Positions 7,240 to 13,642 of a stretch of DNA of 13,642 nucleotides are shown here, one piece after another. The stretch's first letter is position 1. Every line of letters starts with the position of its first letter. Source of the DNA: a bacterium. GTDB taxonomy: Bacteria; Fidelibacterota; Marinisomatia; Marinisomatales; UBA1611. Below the pieces are notes generated by a model that saw only the letters and a program-made list of their open reading frames with translations, was not told where the DNA came from and did no database searches. The translations under genes and the position numbers were made by a program. The stretch covers positions 1 through 13,642 of the forward strand of contig JAYPIC010000018.1 of NCBI GenBank assembly GCA_038127595.1, in the 5' to 3' direction.

Positions 7240-8922
7240 ATGATGGATAGAAATACCCTTACTGCACTCCTGTTAATTACTGTAGTTTTAATAATCACTC
7301 CTTATTATATGGAGTTAATATCTCCAACGACTAAAGATACACAAGAGTATTTTGAAGATCAACAAAACACAGATGAAAGCGGTGTTATATATAAAAATTA
7401 TAATGAGGATATTTCCACGCCTTCTACCCCAACCATTCCTGTTTTTTCACAGAAAGAGGAAAAAACAATTGAAATTGAAAACGACTTGTTTATCGCCCGC
7501 ATTAGTTCTGTATATGGTGGCACAATTAGGTCTTTTAAGACAAAAGAGCACCTTAAAAATGACAGTAGTTTAGTAGAGCTTATTTCCCAAGAAAACAAGA
7601 ACAACTTAATTTTAAGTTATAAAGATTTTACCGGAGAAGACGTCATTATTGACGACGGGTGGGTACTGCAAGAAAAAGAAGATTCGTTTTTTATAACCTC
7701 AACAAAAACTTTTACATATATAAATGAATTTGAAAACAAGAAATTAATTAAAACACTTACTTTTTATCCCGACAAGTTTGTTATTGATATTGATATTGAT
7801 ATCACAGCAATGTCAAACAACATACTAGCAAACAACTTTTCTATAGAGTGGGTCGGGGGTATTCCGCCCACAGAAAAAGATAGTATCGCAGAAGCAGCAT
7901 ATTTCTACTCGTATCTTTACCAAGGCGGAGAACTATTAGATGTAAAGGTGGGCAGTGACGAAACTTTTAAAAACGATTATAAAGGCGCCACCGATTGGAT
8001 AGCAACGAGAAGTAAGTATTTTGTAGTGTGTATTTTAGATGATTCAAAAGAGCAGTTTGTTGGGTCAGCAATTTCCGCATCTTTTAAAGATAAGGAGCTA
8101 TATAATATCTCAGCTCAAATGAAGTCTGATAAAATAGCTAATATTTCTCTTTATTTGGGCCCACTGGAATATGAAAGGATAAAAAACCTAGGGGTTAATT
8201 TAGAGCTGGTCATGGATTTTGGGTGGGCGATTATTAGGCCTATATCTAAGTCTGTTTTGTGGGTTCTAAAGACAATGCACACAGTAATACCCAACTATGG
8301 TGTAATTCTTATTATTTTTTCTATTTTGGTTAAACTAATAGTTTATCCACTTACAAAGAGGAGCTATCAGTCAACCCAAGCAATGCAGTCCATACAACCT
8401 GAAGTAAATGCTTTAAGGGAAAAACACAAAAACAACCCAACGAAATTAAACCAAGCAACAATGGAGCTTTATAAAAAGAAAGGTGTAAACCCACTTGGAA
8501 CCTGTTTTCCAATGTTGTTGCAAATGCCTCTTTTATTTGCTTTATTCACGGTCTTTAGATCAACTATTGAGTTAAGGGGCGAACCATTTGTTTTTTGGAT
8601 AAAAGACCTATCTGCGCCAGACGTTCTTTTTTACTTGCCATTCAAGATACCACTATATGGCAACTATGTTTGCGCCTTACCTATATTGATGGCACTGTCG
8701 ATGTACGCGCAACAAAAAATGATGCAGCCAAATAATGCAACTGGGCCGCAAGCAGACCAACAAAAGATGATGCAATATTTTATGATGGGTTTTTTCTTTT
8801 TACTGTTTAATAGTTTTCCCTCTGGCTTAAACCTGTACTACACGCTTTTTAATATTTTAACAATAGCGCAACAAAAACTAACAAAGAACGAAAAAGCCGC
8901 TATAAAACCAATAAAAATGTAG
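7240..8922 (+). CDS. yidC: Membrane protein insertase YidC
   Basis: 560 aa. N-terminal TM anchor, large periplasmic domain, LYLGP, MDFGW, NYGVILI..SILVKLIVYPL, GVNPLGTCFPMLLQMP, WIKDLSAPD, FPSGLNLYY..FN.LTIAQQ. Confidence 0.98.
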   Translation: MMDRNTLTALLLITVVLIITPYYMELISPTTKDTQEYFEDQQNTDESGVIYKNYNEDISTPSTPTIPVFSQKEEKTIEIENDLFIARISSVYGGTIRSFKTKEHLKNDSSLVELISQENKNNLILSYKDFTGEDVIIDDGWVLQEKEDSFFITSTKTFTYINEFENKKLIKTLTFYPDKFVIDIDIDITAMSNNILANNFSIEWVGGIPPTEKDSIAEAAYFYSYLYQGGELLDVKVGSDETFKNDYKGATDWIATRSKYFVVCILDDSKEQFVGSAISASFKDKELYNISAQMKSDKIANISLYLGPLEYERIKNLGVNLELVMDFGWAIIRPISKSVLWVLKTMHTVIPNYGVILIIFSILVKLIVYPLTKRSYQSTQAMQSIQPEVNALREKHKNNPTKLNQATMELYKKKGVNPLGTCFPMLLQMPLLFALFTVFRSTIELRGEPFVFWIKDLSAPDVLFYLPFKIPLYGNYVCALPILMALSMYAQQKMMQPNNATGPQADQQKMMQYFMMGFFFLLFNSFPSGLNLYYTLFNILTIAQQKLTKNEKAAIKPIKM

Positions 8923-9420
8923 TGCTAAGTGTTGTTTTTATTGTGTTTATAACTTACCATATATCTACACACTTTTTATAAATTAATTGGCGCTTTTAAC
9001 AATTGATTTAAATGTTTTACCTTACCCAATCAAAACTATAAAAATGATCTTTTTAATTACACCAAAAAAACAATAACAACAGGTGAGCCCTTTTTTATTT
9101 TTCATAAAAAAACTAAAAACACAAACAGTTGAAATCAATTAGCACTAAGACAAGACAAACTGTTAAAAGGAATATAGAGCGCTATGTTTAAACACAAAAA
9201 AATATATATATATTCTAAAATAAATATTAAAATATTAAGTTATTTTAGATGTTGTTTTTATTATGTTTACAAAACATATTTTATTCCATTTTGTTGGTTT
9301 TTTCACGCTCTTTTACACATAAACATGGGTTTTTTAAGTCTACACAGCAAAATAATTTTACTTTCCCTATGTGGATTTTTGACGCATTACAAACCAACTG
9401 TTTCAATTCAATATTAATCA
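8923..9420. other. AT-rich non-coding region with degenerate DnaA-box-like motifs and inverted repeats; candidate oriC or regulatory region
   Basis: 498 bp without a credible ORF. TTTTACACA 9311-9319 fits TTWTNCACA. One-mismatch boxes at 9188-9196 and 9299-9307. TGTGGATTT at 9370-9378. Near-pure AT run at ~9196-9250. Confidence 0.4.
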
Positions 9421-10752
9421 ATGATTAGCCAAGAAACATATTTTGCTTTGTCGACCCCCGGGGGAAGATCTGCTACCGCAACCATAAGAATAAGTGGACC
9501 CCATTCAAAAAACACAATCTTGAAGCTCTTCAAAAATAAAAATAAAAATCTTAAACCTGGGTTTAATCACGTGGTGTCTTTATACAATAAAAACAACAAT
9601 TTAATTGACAAGTGTGTTGTTGTGTATTACAAAGGTCCAAAATCTTTTACTGGAGATGATATGGTTGAAATACACACACACGGCAACCCCGTTATTATTG
9701 ATACTGTTTCAAAAGCACTGTTAAACCTTGGCGTAAGACATGCTGAGGCGGGTGAGTTTACTAGAGCTGCGCTTTTAAATAACAAGATAGACTTAATACA
9801 GGCAGAGTCGTTGCTTTCTTTGATAAACGCCAAGAGCATAACCTGTGTACAAATTTCTAACACCAACCTAACCGGATCTTTGACAAAGCGATTTAAGAAC
9901 ATGCGTGAAATGTTAATAAAAACATTAGGTTTGTTAGAATATGAATTAGACATATCAGAAACAGAAAACCAAAAAGAAATATCAAGTCAAGCGTTAAAGT
10001 CATTAAAAAAAATACATAAAAAAGCAAATATTTTAATCTCATCAACAACAAGCGCAAGGATTAATATTGATGGTGCTCGTATAGTTATTTTTGGAGAGCC
10101 AAATGTGGGAAAGTCATCGGTTTTTAATGCTCTTTTGGCTTATAAGAGATCAATTGTTACAGAGATTGCGGGCACCACGAGAGACTCAATACAAGAGAGT
10201 TTAAATATAGGTAAACATAACACGGTTTTAATAGACACTGCTGGTATTCGAAACACTAAAGATAAAGTTGAACAATTGGGAATTGACCGTTCTAACGAAG
10301 AAATTAAAAATGCTGATATTTTACTACACATAATTGACGCGAACAGAAGCGCCGACCACAAGAAACACAAAAACCAAATAACAGTTTTAAACAAAATTGA
10401 CTTATTATCGAATGATCAAAAAAGCGCAATGAAAGACACAAACACAGATGCTGTTTTAGTTTCTGCTAAAGACAAAGCCGGTATTAACTTGTTGATTGAA
10501 AAAATAGAAAAAAAACTCAACACAATAACGAACCACGATCAAAACGAACACATCACTTCACTAAGACAAGAACAACTTTTAATTAAAATTAACAAAGCTA
10601 TTTTACCAATAATTAAACACCAAGAAACAAACATCGAAATCATAGCTCACCACACAAAAGAAGCAATTAACCACTTTGATCACCTACTTGGTAAAACAAG
10701 TGTTGATGACATTTTAGATGGTGTGTTTTCTAATTTTTGTGTGGGGAAATAG
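9421..10752 (+). CDS. mnmE: tRNA modification GTPase MnmE (TrmE)
   Basis: 443 aa. GPKSFTGDDMVEIHTHG, AEAGEFTRAALLN.KIDL.QAE, G1 GEPNVGKSS, G2 GTTRD, G3 DTAG, G4 NKID, SAK, and C-terminal FSNFCVGK. Confidence 0.98.
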   Translation: MISQETYFALSTPGGRSATATIRISGPHSKNTILKLFKNKNKNLKPGFNHVVSLYNKNNNLIDKCVVVYYKGPKSFTGDDMVEIHTHGNPVIIDTVSKALLNLGVRHAEAGEFTRAALLNNKIDLIQAESLLSLINAKSITCVQISNTNLTGSLTKRFKNMREMLIKTLGLLEYELDISETENQKEISSQALKSLKKIHKKANILISSTTSARINIDGARIVIFGEPNVGKSSVFNALLAYKRSIVTEIAGTTRDSIQESLNIGKHNTVLIDTAGIRNTKDKVEQLGIDRSNEEIKNADILLHIIDANRSADHKKHKNQITVLNKIDLLSNDQKSAMKDTNTDAVLVSAKDKAGINLLIEKIEKKLNTITNHDQNEHITSLRQEQLLIKINKAILPIIKHQETNIEIIAHHTKEAINHFDHLLGKTSVDDILDGVFSNFCVGK

Positions 10753-10766
10753 TTTCACGTGAAACA
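10751..10766. promoter_or_regulatory. parS site (ParB/Spo0J-binding palindrome) overlapping the mnmE stop and mnmG start
   Basis: aGTTTCACGTGAAACa, 15/16 match to the widespread parS consensus TGTTTCACGTGAAACA. Perfect 14-bp core at 10752-10765. Confidence 0.88.
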
Positions 10767-12609
10767 AAAACATGACTTAATTATTGTTGGTGGTGGCCAC
10801 GCTGGTGTTGAAGCTGCAAACATTAGTTCTAAAATTGGTTGTAAAACAGCCATTGTAACTATGGATAAATACAGCATTGGGAGAATGTCTTGTAACCCAG
10901 CTATTGGGGGTGTTGCTAAAGGTCAAATTGTAAGAGAAATAGACATCCTTGGTGGTTTGATGGCTGGTGCAGCTGATTTTTCAGGTTTACAATTTAAAAC
11001 CCTAAATAAATCAAAAGGACGATCTGTTTGGTCACCAAGGGCACAGACTGACAAGCGAATTTATGAAAGGTATGTTTCGAACGAGATTTCACAAAATAAA
11101 AAAATTGAGGTTGTGGTTGGAGAAGTGGTTTCTTTGGTAATAAACAAAGGAAATATAGAGGGTGTTGTGTTGCGCTCTGGGGAAAAATTATTTTGTAATG
11201 CTGTAGTAATAACATGTGGTACTTTTTTGTCTGGTATGATTCATGTGGGTGATAGAAAAATTCTAGCTGGAAGAATGGGGGAGTCTTCTTCAATTGGAAT
11301 AACTGAGTATCTCAACTCAATGGGGTTTAAGACAATGAGGTTAAAAACCGGCACACCCCCACGAGCGCTAAGATCAAGCATAGATTGGAAAAAAACATCT
11401 GTTGATTTCGGAGATAAAAACCCTGTACCATTTTCTTTTTTTACAAGAAACTTTAAGCCCAAAAATGAACCATGCCACACTGTTAGAACGAATGAAAGCG
11501 TGCACGACGTAATTAAAACCAATTCACACCTTTCTCCAATGTATAGTGGAGAGATTACGGGTGTTGGGCCAAGGTATTGCCCGTCAATTGAGGATAAGGT
11601 TCAGAGGTTTTCACACCACCCATCACACCTGTTATTTTTAGAGCCGGAGTGGAAAAATTCCGACCAAATATATATAAACGGTTTTTCAACAAGCCTGCCA
11701 GAAGAAGCACAGTTAAATAGCCTTAGCCAAATTGAAGCTTTTAAAAACATTGAGTTTTTGAGGCCTGGATACGCTATAGAGTATGACTGCATTGTTCCTT
11801 CCCAACTAAAACTAACGCTAGAATCTAAAGAAGTTTCTGGGTTGTTTTTTGCTGGTCAAATAAATGGAACATCGGGGTATGAGGAGGCAGCAGCTCAAGG
11901 TTTGGTGGCGGGGGTTAATGGTGCAAATTATGTATTAAACAGAGAACCCCTCAGGATAAAGCGATCAGGTGGTTATATCGGTGTTTTAATTGATGATCTA
12001 ATCACCAAAGACACAGAAGAACCTTACCGTATGTTTACTAGTCGTGCAGAATATAGAATGATGTTGAGATATTCGAATGCAGAAACTAGACTTTATGAGT
12101 CCGCCATAAAACACTGTCTTCTGTCTGTTGAAGAAAAAACTGTTATTGAAAAAAGATTTAAAGATAGAGAAAACATAAAAAAGCTAACTAACCAATCTAT
12201 TAAATCAGATTATCTAGACGCATTTAACATAAAGCAGTCGCTTCCAATAAAAGACTACATAAAAAGGCCAGAAGCAAATCTTTTTGGCACACTTAAAAAA
12301 ACTAATTTATTTCCAAAAACAACAAATTCCGAGACGTGGTCTTTTTTAGAAGTTGTGGATGATATAGAAACAGAAATAAAATACGATGGATATATAAAAA
12401 GACACCTAAAAGAGATTGAAAAGCTCGAGAAAAACGAAAACCTTAGAATTGATAAAAATATAAATTTTAATGAGTTTCGCGGTCTTTCATTGGAAGCGCG
12501 CCAAAAACTTTCTGCTGTTCGCCCAGAAACATTTGGTCAAGCAAGTAGAATCTCTGGTGTTTCACCCGCTGACATTTCAACCCTAATGGTTTATTTATTA
12601 AAAAACTAG
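10759..12609 (+). CDS. mnmG: tRNA uridine-5-carboxymethylaminomethyl modification enzyme MnmG (GidA)
   Basis: 616 aa, GTG start. IIVGGGHAG (FAD-binding), MSCNPAIGGVAKG, RLKTGTPPR, GPRYCPSIEDK, AGQINGTSGYEEAAAQG, YRMFTSRAEYR, GQASRISGVSPAD. Confidence 0.99.
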   Translation: MKQKHDLIIVGGGHAGVEAANISSKIGCKTAIVTMDKYSIGRMSCNPAIGGVAKGQIVREIDILGGLMAGAADFSGLQFKTLNKSKGRSVWSPRAQTDKRIYERYVSNEISQNKKIEVVVGEVVSLVINKGNIEGVVLRSGEKLFCNAVVITCGTFLSGMIHVGDRKILAGRMGESSSIGITEYLNSMGFKTMRLKTGTPPRALRSSIDWKKTSVDFGDKNPVPFSFFTRNFKPKNEPCHTVRTNESVHDVIKTNSHLSPMYSGEITGVGPRYCPSIEDKVQRFSHHPSHLLFLEPEWKNSDQIYINGFSTSLPEEAQLNSLSQIEAFKNIEFLRPGYAIEYDCIVPSQLKLTLESKEVSGLFFAGQINGTSGYEEAAAQGLVAGVNGANYVLNREPLRIKRSGGYIGVLIDDLITKDTEEPYRMFTSRAEYRMMLRYSNAETRLYESAIKHCLLSVEEKTVIEKRFKDRENIKKLTNQSIKSDYLDAFNIKQSLPIKDYIKRPEANLFGTLKKTNLFPKTTNSETWSFLEVVDDIETEIKYDGYIKRHLKEIEKLEKNENLRIDKNINFNEFRGLSLEARQKLSAVRPETFGQASRISGVSPADISTLMVYLLKN

Positions 12610-12610
12610 T

Positions 12611-12626
12611 GGTTTCACGTGAAACA
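12611..12626. promoter_or_regulatory. Second parS site, overlapping the start of the mfd-like gene
   Basis: gGTTTCACGTGAAACa, 15/16 match to the consensus. Perfect core at 12612-12625, two nt after the mnmG TAG. Confidence 0.88.
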
Positions 12627-13642
12627 AGTTTTTGAAAATGAAATCAAAACCCTTTTAAAGGGTGGGTCTGTTTCAAACTTTAGCTTAGATGCTTTGTTTG
12701 TTTTTTTATTTTATTTATGTAAGCATGGTGGTCGTTTTTTAGTCTTAGGTGACAATGCTTTGGTTTCTGAGTGTATTAAAAGAAAGCGTTTTTTTTATGA
12801 TGTTTTCTATTGTTTTCCTGAAGAAGAACAGGGTTTTTCTGTTCCCGGTTTTGAAACGCAAAAAAACCTACATAGGTCTGAAGCGTTAATCAAGCTAGCC
12901 GAAAACAAGCATGGGGTTTGCTTTTCAACCAATTTGGTTTCTAACCAGTTGTTGATTAATAAAAAAACAAGTTTTAAAAAGACCGCATTGTCTATTGGGT
13001 TAAATAAAGATAGAGATGTTTTTTGTGAGGAACTTGCGGGTTTTGGTTATAAAAGGGTGGATTATGTTTATAACCATTGTGAATTCTCTTTACGAGGTGA
13101 TGTTGTTGATGTTTTTCCGCAACACAAAAACAAACCAATAAGGGTGTTGTTTAATTTTGGGGAGATAGAACAAATTTCGTTTTTTGATATAGAAAACCAA
13201 AGGAGTGTTAAAAATTTAAAGTCGTTTATTTTTTATGATTTGTTTGGTGGAATAAAAGAATCTGGGAAATCAATTTTTAATTTTTTTAATTGGGACCTTG
13301 TTTTAAAAGTAGATAAAGAAGGTGAAGTTTATGCTCTAAATAAAAAAGTTACTGAGATTGATCCTTTTTTAATTAGTACGGGTAAAGTTAAAGTCACTAA
13401 AAAACTATTTTCATCATTACTAAAAAGACCAAACACAAAAGAGGTTGTGGTTTTTTACCAAAACCAAAAAAGAAAAAATAAAATAATGTCCTTGGGTTAT
13501 ACACCTGTGCGTGGATATATAAAAAGTGCTTTTAGTTTTGGAGAAATAGTTTTTGTGCCAGACCACAAAAAGAAAAACAAAAAAATTTTAATACATAAAC
13601 ACAATAAAAACAACAATTTATCACAAATAATTGAGGGTGATT
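12619..13642 (+). CDS. mfd: Transcription-repair coupling factor Mfd (TRCF), N-terminal part; 3'-partial
   Basis: Frame open from GTG 12619 (MKQVFENEIKTLL...) to the edge, 341 codons. Contains the UvrB-homology D2 segment LAGFGYKRVDYVYNHCEFSLRGDVVDVFPQHKNKPIRVLFNFGEIEQISFFDIENQRS near residues 139-196, with no N-terminal UvrB Walker A. It ends at LSQIIEGD, resembling the start of the CarD-like RID (L..GD.VVH). Not in the ORF track because there is no stop. Confidence 0.78.
   Translation, partial: MKQVFENEIKTLLKGGSVSNFSLDALFVFLFYLCKHGGRFLVLGDNALVSECIKRKRFFYDVFYCFPEEEQGFSVPGFETQKNLHRSEALIKLAENKHGVCFSTNLVSNQLLINKKTSFKKTALSIGLNKDRDVFCEELAGFGYKRVDYVYNHCEFSLRGDVVDVFPQHKNKPIRVLFNFGEIEQISFFDIENQRSVKNLKSFIFYDLFGGIKESGKSIFNFFNWDLVLKVDKEGEVYALNKKVTEIDPFLISTGKVKVTKKLFSSLLKRPNTKEVVVFYQNQKRKNKIMSLGYTPVRGYIKSAFSFGEIVFVPDHKKKNKKILIHKHNKNNNLSQIIEGD

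Noticed and set aside
5952..7604. ORF-track entries 5952-6146, 6556-6780, 7004-7237, 7352-7573 and 7398-7604
   Set aside because: They are shadows of dnaA, rpmH and yidC. 7004-7237 is antisense to rpmH and is not RnpA.
9081..9102. Intrinsic terminator after yidC (AGG-TGAGC-CCT followed by a T run)
   Set aside because: The stem is only about 3 bp, too weak to call.
8920..9147. CIRCE (HrcA operator)
   Set aside because: The half-sites are in reverse order and 210 bp apart, not TTAGCACTC-N9-GAGTGCTAA.
9379..9407. mnmE promoter TTGACG-17-TTCAAT
   Set aside because: The -35 is good but the -10 lacks the critical second-position A. Possible, but not supportable from sequence alone.
9184..9417. 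77-aa ORF upstream of mnmE
   Set aside because: F/I/K/Y-rich composition typical of translated AT-rich non-coding DNA, crossing an (AT)n run. No similarity to RnpA, YidD or Jag that I can see.
9627..11792. Minus-strand ORFs 9627-9953, 10140-10394, 10994-11293, 11241-11522 and 11601-11792
   Set aside because: Antisense shadows of mnmE and mnmG.
8920..12609. TAG reassignment (alternative genetic code)
   Set aside because: TAG occurs at the expected C-termini (e.g. MnmE CVGK*), and no gene is interrupted by an internal TAG or TGA.
12619..13642. uvrB as the identity of the last gene
   Set aside because: It lacks the N-terminal UvrB Walker A (G.TGSGKT) and the DESH motif region; the layout fits Mfd better.

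Overview
AT-rich bacterial chromosome segment from the replication-origin region. FCB-group marine bacteria such as Marinimicrobia are a plausible source, but that is inference only. Left to right: (1) a giant secreted multidomain surface protein on the minus strand (start 5273, at least 1757 aa, running off the left edge and missing from the ORF track), made of a signal peptide, a basic pro-region, a lamin-tail-like domain, an unassigned beta-module and five [cleaved-adhesin/MAM-like jelly-roll + ASH/Ig-like] units; (2) dnaA (minus), with two perfect tandem DnaA boxes in its leader; (3) divergent rpmH (also missing from the ORF track) followed directly by yidC, with no rnpA or yidD; (4) a 498-bp AT-rich intergenic region; (5) mnmE, mnmG and a compact mfd-like gene running off the right edge. 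The most striking pattern is two parS palindromes (GTTTCACGTGAAAC) at consecutive gene junctions, each containing the GTG that appears to start the downstream gene (mnmG, mfd). The usual neighbours dnaN, rnpA, yidD, rsmG and parAB are absent from their canonical positions.
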